Shown piece after piece: positions 26,400 to 38,620 of a DNA stretch of 64,000 nucleotides. The notes beneath the pieces were generated by a model that saw nothing but the letters and a program-made list of their open reading frames with translations, searched no databases and was not told the origin of the DNA. The DNA is taken from NCBI RefSeq assembly GCF_006345805.1, contig NC_042997.1, forward strand, positions 85,064,001-85,128,000, written 5' to 3'. A program made the position numbers and the translations under genes. Positions within the stretch are counted from its first letter, which is position 1. Every line of letters begins with the position of its first letter. The DNA comes from Octopus sinensis. Taxonomy: Eukaryota.

Positions 26400-26975
26400 G
26401 CTGGACATGAGCTTGTGTGGTAGTTTCTCCAATAATATCACTTCTTTCTGCTCTCTTGTATGCGCTACTACAAAGAAGGAACAACAGCAATTAGCTAAAA
26501 CACAAAGAGTCGTGGAAACATTCACGCTTGGACTGTCGCTGCAGGTTTATATCCGAAACGAAATAATTCGAGAACATAGTTGAGTGAACGATGTGATCGC
26601 GAAATACCAGAATCATTAGTTAGGCTGGGGCAGGATACGTTGCAAGGTTCACAAACAATAGATAGAGCCATGCAGTTATTAGGTGCTATCCAAGAGATCG
26701 GAAGACCTCCAAGATGTTTCTTTATTAACCACACAGGGCTGAACACAGAGGGAACAAATTACAAAGTAAAGCTTTTCTTTTTGGGGAGAAAAAAAATAAA
26801 AATTTAAAAAATCAAAATAAAAATGGGGTAGGTTTTCGATCAAAAGGGATCGTAAAAAAGAAGAAGACCTCCAAGATGACAGGAAGAGAACATATTCAAA
26901 CAATCCGTGCCCGGATGGAAGATAAAAGCGCAATGATAGAAAGACTGGAAACACACTGCGACCATCGATGTGTAC
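26400..26975 (+). mobile_element. RTE-type LINE 3' ORF2 fragment, interrupted by an insertion
   Basis: TTKKEQQQLAKTQRVVETFTLGLSLQVYIRNEIIR...WAGYVARFTNNR*SHAVIRCYPRDRK..RPPR, matching the RTE C-terminal pattern (..TQRAMER.MLG.SL.D.IRNE.IR...WAGHVAR...RW...W.PR..KR..GRP). Confidence 0.75.
26717..26862 (-). mobile_element. Short 5'-truncated LINE-like 3' end inserted with a 16-bp TSD
   Basis: gaagacctccaagatg is duplicated exactly at 26701-26716 and 26863-26878. The insert ends (minus) ...tttgttccctctgtgttcagccctgtgtggttaataaagaaa, homologous to SINE-A tail-1. Confidence 0.75.
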
Positions 26976-27024
26976 GGACATTTAATAATTTAGTCTATAA
27001 CGAGATAAACAGATTTATATATTC

Positions 27025-27112
<88 letters not shown>

Positions 27113-27310
27113 CGTGTGTGTGTGAGCGTGTAGATATTTGTGTATGTGTGTGCTCGAATGCATCTAGTTGCACAAGTCACTAGATGTCCCTCGATACGGA
27201 TATATTCGAAATTTATTCATTCCCCTTATTTATTTTACTCACATTTTATTCAACGCAACAATAAATTATTAGATAGAGACATACTCAGGGGATAAATGCT
27301 TCGTTTAAAC

Positions 27311-27723
27311 CAGTGGTTCTTCACCATCTTTTGTAACCCCCACGCCATCCTCTTAAGTAGTTGTTATGCCTAGCGACCACTTAAGGGGCGAGTGAGGTAT
27401 CACAACTAAGCTAACTTAACATGGACGATAATTTATAAATTTTGCTCTAAAAATGGATTGCATGAGCTTTTAACAGTGAAATAATAAAAAAATTGATAAA
27501 GACAAAATTTGTAAATTTACGTTATACATTGCAAGTTAATGATTTTCTTTGTGCCTAATGAGATCTCACTTTATTTTAAAGACCATTACTTGTTTTATCA
27601 TGTATAATATAATTACTACAATACGTAAAATTTAATATGTTAATAATAGCTCACCGCCCCCTAAAGTCTTCGACATGCCCAGTAACCACTTGCGAACAGT
27701 ACCACCCACGTTGAGAACCTCTG
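27311..27723. mobile_element. hAT MITE
   Basis: TIRs cagtggttcttcac / gttgagaacctctg; 8-bp TSD gtttaaac / gtttagac (one mismatch). Confidence 0.8.
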
Positions 27724-27747
27724 GTTTAGACAAATTACGATATATTC

Positions 27748-28023
27748 GGATCTTTTCAATCTCAGTCACAGATTTTTTAATTCAGTTTTTTTTTTTTTTT
27801 TTAACTAAACAGTTTGAAACTTCGGATACTGGTTGAATGTGTCACGTAGAACATGGTTTACTCTTAATGTTTTTGACAAAATTTTGTATTTTAGAAGTTA
27901 TTTCGTGTTAAACTTGTCGTATTTGGGTAAGTTTAACCAATCAATGATGTGTATTCAGCTGAAGATGGTTACTGCTGTTTACGAAAATAATGAAAGAGTC
28001 ATCGGGTCATGAAAGAGAAAGAG

Positions 28024-28054
<31 letters not shown>

Positions 28055-29294
28055 GTGGGAGAAAAGTATAAATAATAAGAAAGGCAGGTGAGAAAAACAG
28101 AAAGTCCTTTTATAGGGAATACATACGTGTGTATTTTTTCCATCTTATCCAATGTGTCCACTCATTTATATAATGTTAGCGTGTGACATTCAGAGAGATT
28201 TGGCTGTTATTTCCAGCAGGTCAAGCAACTATACAGATTCTCACATTTTCTTTCACACACATACATACATGCACACATACATGCATACATACATACATAC
28301 ATACATACATACATACATACATACATACATACATGCACACATACATGCATACACACATACATACATACATACATTCATACATACATACATACATACATAT
28401 ATACATACATACATACATACATACATACATACATACATACATACATACATGTACATACATGTACATACATGTACATACACACAAATATACGTTTTAATCG
28501 TTGATTTCAGTTAACTCGTTCAGTGATTGCGCCTGATTTTTTAACGTGACAAATCGTATAGAGAGAGAGAGAGAGAGAATGAATGAATGAGAGGGAGAGA
28601 GAGAGAGAGAGAGAGAAAGAAAGAGAGTGAGTGAGAGAGAGAGAGAATAAAGAGATTGTGGTGGTGTGTTGACGATCTGAACGAAAGCTTATATCAACTT
28701 ACCAACCCCTACCACTGCATGTTAATTTATTAAATCCTCTCCTTTTTCTTGCTTCCATTCGGGGTTTTATCAGCTTTACATATGAATGTGTGTGTGTGTG
28801 AGTGTGTGTGTATGATGGATAGCAGAAACGCTGCATGAACAACTGTCGTCAACTTCACAATTCCCTTCGCTCCTTAAAGCTATGTATTCCTCACACCCAC
28901 TTCCCTTTCCTTTCCTCAGCGTTCTAAAAGTTGCATGTGTGTGTATGTATTGATGTGTGTGTATGTGTGTATATGTATACATGTGTCTCTGTGTTTACGT
29001 ACATATATGTATGCAACGTCCAAACATGACCCGATGACCCGGAAGTTGTTGCTCTTCCATTACTTTCGCAAACAACAGTAACTTACTTTAGCTGAATACA
29101 CATCATTGATTGGTTAAAATTACCCAAATGCAACTTTAACTCGAAATAACTTCTAAAATACAAAATTTTGTCAAAACCCTTAAGAGTAAACCGCGTTCTA
29201 CGTGACACATTCAACCAGTATCCGAAGTTTCAATGTGTTTAGCTAAAAAAAAAAAAACGAATTAAAAAATCTGTGACTGAGATCGAAAAGATCC
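27748..29294. repeat. Long inverted repeat pair (27748-28011 and 29025-29294) around a microsatellite-rich spacer
   Basis: ggatcttttcaatctcagtcacagattttttaattc...cttcggatactggttgaatgtgtcacgtagaac...gtcatcgggtcatg is the reverse complement of catgacccgatgac...gttctacgtgacacattcaaccagtatccgaag...aatctgtgactgagatcgaaaagatcc. Confidence 0.9.
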
Positions 29295-29574
29295 ATATAT
29301 TCTTGTGAAAGTATATATTAGATAAATTCGTTCGCTTTTTTTACTTCTTCTTTTCTACTTGGACTTAATCGTATATGTCTGAAAAGAGATAAAATGTATT
29401 AAAATTTCAAAAATAATCAGCAATAGTTGTAGAAGACGAATAGAGCTGCAAAAAAGAGCAAACAATAATAAACGATAAAAGAAATAAGTTACCTGTTTAT
29501 TCAAATAACACTAAAAGAGTCAAAATAAATGAGGACAAAAAAGAAACGAATTTATCTGACAACAATATCATGTA

Positions 29575-29945
29575 TATGCTAAGAAGTTTGCTTCCCGATC
29601 ACATGGTTCCGGGTTCGGTCCCACTACATGGCATCTTCGACAAGTATCTTCTATTATAGCCACGGGCCGACCAAAGCCTCGTGAGTGGATTTGATAGACA
29701 GAAACCGTGGTATACGTATGTGTGTGTGTGTGTGTCTTTTTGCCTGTGCCGGCTCTCCCCCCATCACTGTTCGAAAACCAATGATGGTGTGTTTACGTAC
29801 CCCGTAACTAGCGGTTTGACAAAAGAGACCGATAGAATAAGTCTTACGCTTAAAAAAATAAGTCCTGGGTTTCGATTTGCACGACTAAAGCCCTTCAAGG
29901 CGATGCCACAGCATGGCTGCAGTCAAATGACTGGAACACGTTTAA
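29575..29945 (+). mobile_element. SINE family B copy
   Basis: acatggttccgggttcggtcccact...gggccgaccaaagcc...gagaccgatagaataag...catggctgcagtcaaatgactggaac. Confidence 0.85.
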
Positions 29946-30367
29946 AATAAACGATAAATATGATATACAAATACCGAATCTTACACAAACAAGGAAAGAT
30001 CGTCGTATCTTAATATCTTAAATGGTAGTTCTGTGCAGTTGGTCGTGGGTTGGTAAACTGGAATAAAATGTTAGAATCAGGTGTAAATCTGGCAGTGAGC
30101 CATTAAATAATGGTGTGTCTTGGTGAATATTACAACGGTTTCCTTTAAGTAGATTTAGTCCGATATTTCACTTTCTCTACACACATTCCCAGAATCCATT
30201 AACACAAGTAAATTACAAACGACTTTCGCAAACATAAAACACTTAGCTTAGATCAACGCTGCTTCGCTTACTTCTTACCGCACTTTTTTGTTTCTTTCAT
30301 CCCGTTCTTTCTCTCTTTCTCCCCTCCTCTCTCTTTCTCCCCCCTCTCTCTTTCTCCCCCTCCTCTC

Positions 30368-30400
<33 letters not shown>

Positions 30401-30870
30401 TTCCATCTCACAGTTTCTGTCCTTTTTCTATCTTGTTTGTGTGTCTGTCTAATTTTCCTCTTCTCTCTATGTTGATGTCTATCTGTCCTCGTTCCCCTTG
30501 TCTCTCTCCCTGTGTTCCTTTGTTTCTATCTGCCTGTCATTTCCTCCTTCCCCTTCCTTCTGTCTCTCTCTTTCTCTCTCTGTCACTCAATCTCACTAAA
30601 TGTCTATCCCTTTCTCTGTTGTATATGTATCTACATCTTTCTTATTTTCACACTTCTGAATATTTATGTCTGCTCTCTCTTTCTCTCTCCCCCCCCCTCT
30701 GCCCCTCTCTCTCTCTTCCACTCAAAAGTTTGCTCTTTCTTTGTCTTCCTACATTTATCACTGTTTGAATGTGTATCTGTCTTACCCACAATGCGCTATT
30801 CTCTTTCTATTTTTTCTCCCCCTACCTCTGCGTCTTGCATGTACCCCTCCATCTGTATCCGTCTTCTCAA

Positions 30871-31225
30871 GGCAGAAACGTTAGCACGCTGGGCGAAATG
30901 CTTTCGTCTGCCGTTACGTTCTGAGTTCAAATTCCGCCGAGGTCGACTTTGCCTTTCTATCCTTTCGAGGTCGATTAAATAAGTACCAGTTATGCACTGG
31001 GGTCGATATAATCGACTTAATCCGTTTGTCTGTCCTTGTTTGTCCTCTCTGTGTTTAGCCCCTTGTGGGTAGTAAAGAAATAGAAATAGGTATTTCATAT
31101 GTCTTTACATTCTGAATTCAAATTCCGTCGACTTTGTTTTTCATCCGTTCGGAGTCGATAAATTAAGGACCAGTAGCGTACTGGAGTCGATCTAATCGAC
31201 TGTACTCTTCCCCAAAAATTTCGTA
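30871..31225 (+). mobile_element. SINE family A composite (body + tail-1 + older body + tail-2)
   Basis: ggcagaaacgttagcacg...ccccttgtgggtagtaaagaaatagaaatag then gtatttcatatgtctttacattctgaattcaaattccg...ttccccaaaaatttc. Confidence 0.9.
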
Positions 31226-31869
31226 CAATGCTTTTTATTTTAATGTAAGAATAATTTTTCGTGGCTTGAAACTTTGACTGCCATTTTTAGAATGTAAGAA
31301 ATCTACGTGTTGTTTTTCTCTCCTTGTATATTTCATACACTATTATATTTTAAAATATTTATGTCTTCTGAATCTTATTACGGATGCTGGCCGCTGGTAA
31401 AATATTATTTAATAATGTTTACCCTTATCTATTACATAAAATCCGTTCTGTCTGTCTGTGTGTGTGTCTTTTAGGATCTTGGGCATCCTCCATCCGATTG
31501 CGCTCAAATTTGATATGTAGATACCAAAAGAGTAAGATGCAAAAGAGATATTTTCTTCAAACTTGGCATGAAGAAAGGAAAAACTATTTGGTTTCTCAAG
31601 AAGTCTTTTTTTTTTTTTGCCTTAACTTCGTTTAACAAGACCAAAAATTTTATTGAAATAAAGTCATGCTTAATTATTTTTTAATGAAAAGAAAACACTG
31701 ATTGCTTTTTATTCAGCAGATATGATTCAGCACCGTCCATTGGACGCGAGACGTTTTGCTCGTATATATATGTATATATATATATATATATATGAGTTCA
31801 ATATGTGACCGCGTGTGTATCGTCGGTGATTTTCTTTCTCTGTCTTACCTTGGACCTTTCCTTTTTTCT

Positions 31870-31908
31870 ATTTTTCTGACGAAGAGCTCCGCTCGAAACG
31901 TTAAATCC
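31870..31908 (+). ncRNA. Minimal type I hammerhead ribozyme motif in a ~200-bp Penelope-like repeat (31803-32015)
   Basis: UUUU-CUGACGAA-GAGC(UCC)GCUC-GAAA-CG-UU-AAA: intact core with one extra A, 4-bp stem II, palindromic CG stem III; homologous copy at 59895-60115. Confidence 0.6.
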
Positions 31909-32041
31909 TCCTTCTTTCTTTCCTTTCCTGGACGTCCAATAACACTATACTTGTTCCACGTCCTCGCGTTGTTGTGTTTTCTCTTTGCTCATGTTTGGAG
32001 TAACTGTATATATATAAAGCAAAAACATTGTTATTATTATT

Positions 32042-32265
32042 AGGCGATGGACTGGGGGAATCGTTAGCGCATCGAACAAAATGCTTAGCGGCATTTCTTA
32101 CGGCTTTATATTCTAAGTTCAGATTCCGCCGAGAGACAACCTTGATTTTCCTCCTTTCGGAGTCGACAAAATAAGTACCAGTAGAGTACCGGAGTCACTG
32201 TAAGCGACTATCCCTTTTCCCCAAAATTCCAGCCTCTGTGCCTGTAGTAGAAACAACTCTTATTA
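32042..32265 (+). mobile_element. SINE family A copy (tail-2 type)
   Basis: aggcgatggactgggggaatcgttagcgcatcg...cagattccgccgag...cccaaaattccagcctctgtgcctgtagtagaaac. Confidence 0.8.
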
Positions 32266-32971
32266 TTATTATGGTTTTCAAATCATAGAAATCTCCGTCT
32301 TTCCCTTTTTCATTTTCTTATTTTCTTTATCTATCCTAATTCTTAACACGTAGTTATTAAATATTTTAATGTTCTGCTACTTCTGATAACTGTTAACTAT
32401 AACCTTTGTCTAGTGTCCCGCGATAGGTCAGAAGGAATAATAATATCCATTATTGATTTTACCTTTAGGTTTATTGAAGTGTTACAGATATTTAACCGTC
32501 ATAGCTTGTTGAATTATAGCATCACTATGAATCTTTAAAAAAACATTATACCAAGTGAACTATATTAAAGAATATTAGCTGTGGCAAAAATGTCTAATAT
32601 AATCTTTGTATTATTCTTAACACGTATAATCATTACATATTTAAATAATTATATTAATATCCAATAAGCCAGTATCACACAAAACAATATCTCACGTGTT
32701 AAAACGTGTTGCACAGCTCGAAAGCAAGTCGTCAAAGATATGACTAAATTGGTAGATACTATTTAATACTTTAAATAGTTGAAGAAAAGATAGTTAGTAG
32801 AAAAGAGAAAACATCGAGCAGGAAGAAGAAATTCGAGAGAGAGCTGGTAGGTAATACTTTTTACGTTGTACAAAGTGTGTCACAGGAGCATAATTTAAAT
32901 CAATCAATTCGATTTGTAGCTAACATTCATTAGGGAAAGAGCAGAGCGACGCAGAAACACATAGCCTACAG

Positions 32972-33267
32972 TCTGATGAGGTCATTAATAGCCCAGTACG
33001 ATGTGTTTTCACAAACGTTATTTACATGAGAATTTCTGTTCTGAGAGAGTTACTGCAGCGAAAGTCTTTTCACGTTTGAGTATCTACGAACTTGTTAAAT
33101 ATGAATGTGTGCATCTTTTTCTGATGAGGTCATTAATAGCCCAGTACGATGTGTTTTCAAAAACGTTATTTACATGAGAATTTCTGTTCTGGGAGAGTTA
33201 CTGCAGCGAAAGTCTTTTCACGTTTGAGTATCTACGAACTTGTTAAATATGAATGTGTGCATCTTTT
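32972..33267. repeat. Recent 148-bp tandem duplication
   Basis: tctgatgaggtcattaatagccc...gtgtgcatcttttt occurs at 32972 and 33120; I count 2 substitutions between the units. Confidence 0.95.
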
Positions 33268-35169
33268 TCTTAATTATCAATACTTAGTGTGCCTTTAATT
33301 AGTTTATTCTGCATCACAAAGATTTGTATAAGCCTGTAAATTTATTATTTTCTATTTGCATATATGAATGATAGCTCTTAGTGGTCTATGAACGAGTTAT
33401 CTGTCGCTGATGGAGCGTAACAACGCAGAAACACTTGTCCTACATTCCAATGACGTCTTTCACAGTTCAGCTCTGTGTGTTTCACATACAGTATGTATAA
33501 GGAGAATTTCACTTCTGAGACATTTACTGCAGCGAAGATCATGACATAAACGTGTAAAGGCCCGCAAAGATGGCAGCCAAATCTATCTAAAATCACACCT
33601 TAATGTCTTATATAAAAAAAAAAAAGGGCATGCCATATAAAGCAGTACTATACAACGATATGCAGGGCTACATTAGCTGATATACGACTGATACAGTAGA
33701 AGAATCTTTGATTGTAGTTTTTTTTATCATAGGCCTAACAAATCGGTAAATCACAAGTGATACAAAAAGACTGAAGGAATAGACTCTATCGCCTTGGGTG
33801 TGGTTTATATAAACGTCTAGTAAACTATTTCAAGTGAGTGTGCATACGTATATATTTCAAGTGGGTGTGCATATGTATATATATATGAACACATACTCAC
33901 ACACACATGCACATTCATACATACACACATACGCACACATATTTCCGTGTGCGTGTGTATACATTGATGTGCATACATATTTGTATGACGTATGTTGGTG
34001 TATATACTTACGTGTGTGGGTATACATATATATAATACATATGATATATTTGCATATATATGAATATATAAATACATATATACAACTACATATACACGTA
34101 TATGTATATATTTATTTATATACATACTAAATATATATACTTAACAAATATATACAAATCATAAGTATATGAGTGTGAGTATAAGTGTGTTTGTGTGTGA
34201 GTATAAGTGTGTGTGTGTGTGTGTAGGATTTATGTGCTGTACGTGTTTCCAAATACAACTTTGGCTTATCTATTTGTTTTTGTTTCGTTCTTTGTTTCGT
34301 TTTCTTCTTTTATCTATTTTTTGTTTTTGGTTTTCCTTTCTTTTTAAATTTTTGTCTTTTAAGTAAAAGTTGCCAAAATTCATTAATTCAAGATTTGAAT
34401 TGCTTTAAACTTCTGCTCAAAACCGATCGAATTTATTTCTCCGCTAAGAATATATTGCAACGTTGCAGTCCAATAAGATTTCTCCATGATTGTGTGTCTG
34501 CACCGTCCAATAAGAACTCAAACATATTTTTGGCAGTCTTCCATGAAGGCCAAAATCACAATGTTTTGAATCAACTAAAGAACCATGTTGTTTCATGCCG
34601 CAGTATAAATAAGTCTTTCATAGCAACACTATTTGGAAAATTGCTTTCAAGAAAACATTGATTATATATTTTCACTAACTCGTAAATTATTTCAAACGAT
34701 AAGAAATCTTGTTGTGACTCGAACAACTCAACGGGAAACAGCCATGCTTCGAAGATAGTCTAAGAGACGTTGTTCTCCTGTTGAAGGGTGAAGCGGGTGT
34801 TCTGAATGGATGGTAAAATTTTCTTAATTTTTCTTCGACGTGACAGTAGTGATAATCACATAGTTCTCGCAATATGCTACGTGCCAACGTAAGGGGCCAC
34901 TACTAGAGTAATTTGACCATCACAAATTAGTTGCAAAGTTTTCCCAAATCCTAACTAACCTTATTAAGAAAAAAATAAAAGAAAAATTTAAAGAAAAAAG
35001 AGCGGAAAGTTACATTTGATACCGCAGTCCTAGATATACAGTGTTCGGAAAAAAATTGACATGCTGTACTGAATTTATCATTGTTCCCAATAGGTAGATA
35101 TATTTTGTAATATATAATTCATACACTCTTATTGCTTCTCTAACACTGTATAACATGACTTTTGTCTTT

Positions 35170-35630
35170 AGGTAGCAACTATTATTTCCTATTTGCTTAC
35201 CCCTGGAAATCACGAAAAATGGCTAAAAATCACGAAAAGTTCCTTCAAATTTTGCTTTTGTTACATTCATTCAAACCCTAAAGAACCCCTCTCAACACAT
35301 GCCTATGATGTTCCCTCTCTGCTCCTGCTCATGATTAGAGATGCACATATTGCCAGCCACTAAGGGACATGCTCAAGTAGTTACGGTCAAGCAACTTACA
35401 AGCAAATTTGTGACAGATTTGCTATAACTATATTTTTGTTTCAGCAAATCAGCACTGAATCTGTCTGAAATGTAAAGGAAAATAGTTCAGTTTTCAAAAC
35501 TGACGTCCAGGTCACAAAAGCAAATTTCCGAAAGGAATAGTTGTCATATTCTTTAATTTCTAGATAGAAGCAAATAAGAAATAACACTTAAAAATGAAAA
35601 ATAAAAATGTTGTTACACGGTGTAATCTAA
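35170..35630 (-). repeat. Composite repeat E copy containing a family C fragment
   Basis: Reverse-complement homologue of 7706-8120. Confidence 0.75.
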
Positions 35631-36253
35631 AAACATTGTGAATGGGAGGCGACAACCATCTCAACCAACTATCAAATTATTATATTTTGAAAATAGAATA
35701 TAAAAATATAACAATTATTATATTTTGAAAAAAGTACATTACATTCATTCTTAATACGTTCCAGCAGATTCGAACGTGAATATGCTACTCGCTGTTGTAT
35801 TGTGTCTACAGAGAACAACTTCACTTTCACACAACGTGTGCTAAGAATACACTTGATTCATCGAAGTAAAGGAGCTTCGACACACCGCGATGTTTCAGCC
35901 TGGTTGTATCTCTTCAGTCGAAGATCAATGAATCTAAACAAGAACTTTTGCTCTTGTTTATAGAAGCCAACGAACAAAATCATTGAACCGGATTGCCTTT
36001 CACTGAAGTGACACAAACACCGCACGGTTTCAAATTTCCATTGCCAACATGAATCGAGTGAATTGTAAACACAGATTACTCGAAAGGAGAAATTGTTCGT
36101 CGAAGACTAACTATAACAGCGATTAACATATTCAAGTTCGAATCTGCCTGGGTGTTTTAAGGATGAATATGTACCTCATTGTTTTTGATTTTCGCTGTTC
36201 TTCGTGCACATGATTCATAAAATAACAGAATTTAACATTAATCAAATAATGTT

Positions 36254-36313
<60 letters not shown>

Positions 36314-36338
36314 CGCATATGTGTGTAATTATTCTTGC

Positions 36339-36371
<33 letters not shown>

Positions 36372-36769
36372 CATTTGAAATTAAATATAAACATACTAAT
36401 CAATGCTAATAATACTTGTCGTTTGTTTGGTCACGCTAAAAAATGTCACGCTATCACATATAGAATTAATCAATATATTACATCGGTAAATAATTGGTAA
36501 CATATTTATTACAAATTCGCAAATAATAAGTTTCTTTTATTTGATTTGATTTTACTTTAATACGTAGTTTTTATAATGAAAATTATTATTCATTTAATTA
36601 TTTTGTTCAATCAACATGAAATTTGAAGAAAAAATGTAATATTATAATTATTGGTTTCATAGCGCGCTAATATGGTCTAACACAAGCCCCACCTCATATA
36701 AAATTAGCAACTAACTATCAAAATCAATAAGCTTTTTTAGATTACAAATAATAATTTCAATATTGGTCT

Positions 36770-36965
36770 CAAATTTTAGTACAAGGCCAGCAATTTCGGG
36801 GAAGGGGGTAAATCGATTACATTGACCTCTGTGTTCAACTGGTATTTATTTTACCAACCCTGAATAGATGAAAGGTAAAATCGACCTCGGCGGAATTTGA
36901 ACGTGAAGACGGACGAAATGCCGCTAAGCATTTTGCTCGGCGTGCGTTCAACTAGCTCGCGACCT
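36770..36965 (-). mobile_element. SINE family A copy
   Basis: acaaggccagcaatttcggggaaggggg...gacctcggcggaatttgaac...ccgctaagcattttgctcggcgtgc. Confidence 0.85.
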
Positions 36966-37804
36966 TAAATAAAATAATAATAATCAAACCTGTTATCCGT
37001 TTTACGATATATATTTCTTATTAGTAAGTAAAAACCCTTTTCATTACTGCGTCTGATGCATTTAGAGGTACGATGAACGCCACAAAATATGATTTTCTTC
37101 TACCTTAAATTTGCGATCTCATATTTGAATAAGAAACTCGGAACCGAGGAATTTTTTGTGTGGCCGTGCAACCTACTTCAACTGGCAGCCCAAATGTCAC
37201 TCATGTTACACATTTCTGCTTTAGCTTAAGGAAAATTACATTAGATAATAATGTTCTTCTCCCTTGTATGACTACATCCATATGTCTGAAACCAGTAAAA
37301 TGTCAAAGAATGCTCTTAAAAAGGGATGGTCTGCTCGTTAGGGGTTGACTTTTGGCTAAAGCACAATAAGACGTTTGCCTTAGTCATATCTTTTCCCGCT
37401 CACCATGGACATTGAGTGATGACGTTTCTGTAGCAATTTGAATACTAAAGTCAAAATGGCCAGTCTTGAACTCCACCTCTCCCTTTCTCAGCACAAGTAT
37501 GGGACCAGTTATGATTGATACCAAACTAAAACAGAAGAAATGAATCCGTAACTCTGGGTTGAGGTCCATTCTAGGTACAGTCAGCCGGAACTAGTTGAGC
37601 TTTGGGTTCGTGTCAGGTTAGAGAGCCACTGCCTGTAGTAATGACTTAGGTAACTACTCTAACAAGAACAACAACCAATAATTATGAACGATCAGAATGC
37701 CGTCATTCATGTGGGGAGCAAAATAGAAGTAGTGGAACATATTATGAAAAATATCTTGCTATATTTACCTTGTTTTTAACAATTATAATTTTACATTCAA
37801 GTGT

Positions 37805-38010
37805 CAAGCTAGCAGAATCGTTGACACGCCGGACAAATGCTTAGCAGCATTTCTTCCAACTTTACTTTCTGTGTTCAAATACAACTGGGGTCGACTTTCC
37901 TTTCATCCTTTCGGGCTCGATAAAATAAGGACCAGTTGAGTACTGGGTCAATGTAAACGACTTATTCCCTCCCCTGAAATTGCTGACCTTGTGTCAAAAT
38001 TTAAAACCAT
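37805..38010 (+). mobile_element. SINE family A copy
   Basis: aagctagcagaatcgttgacacgccggac...cctttcatcctttcgggctcgataaaataagg...gaaattgctgaccttgtgtcaaaat. Confidence 0.8.
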
Positions 38011-38204
38011 TATTGAAATCATTATTAGTTAGATAACAAGGCTTATTGGTTTCGACAGTTAGGAGCTAAATTTAGATGAAGAGCTAAAGAAACCTTGCAT
38101 TAGCTAGGAACAGACCATATAAGCGCGCTATAGTAGCTTTGCAATTTTGCGAAACAGGCAAACTTAAATGTAGTTGAACGCAGTAATAATCCTTTCTACT
38201 ATGG

Positions 38205-38620
38205 CACAGGGCTTGACATTTGGGGGGAAGGGGATAGTCGATTTCATCAACCCCAGTGTTTCCCTGGTACATAATTTATCGATCCCGACAGGATAAAAGA
38301 CAAAGTGGACCTCGGCGGAATTTGAACTCAGAGTGTAACGACGGACGAAATACCGCTTGGAATTTCTTCCAGCGTGCTAACGATTCTTATTTCTTTATTG
38401 TCCACAAGGGGACAAACATAGAGGGGACAAACAAGGACAGACAAAGGGATTAAGTCGATTACATCGACCCCAGAGCGTAACTGGTACTGAATTTACCTAC
38501 CCCGAAAGGATGAAAGGCAAAGTCGACCCCGGCGGAATTTGAACTCAGAACGAAATGGCAGACGAAATGCCACTAAGCATTTTGCTCGGCGTGCTAACGA
38601 TTCTGCCAGCTCACCGCCTT
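38205..38620 (-). mobile_element. SINE family A composite (tail-1 unit nested at an alternative position)
   Basis: Minus read: aaggcggtgagctggcag | aatcgttagcacg...gtggacaataaagaaataag | aatcgttagcacg...cccccaaatgtcaagccctgtgccatagtagaaagg. Confidence 0.88.

Noticed and set aside
32973-33000. CTGATGAG as a hammerhead core in the tandem duplication
   Set aside because: No stem II followed by GAAA at a workable distance.
34380-34900. Long semi-open minus frame (FEAWLFPVELFESQQDF...ESNFPNS), possibly an old transposase
   Set aside because: No diagnostic motif; cannot assign without a search.
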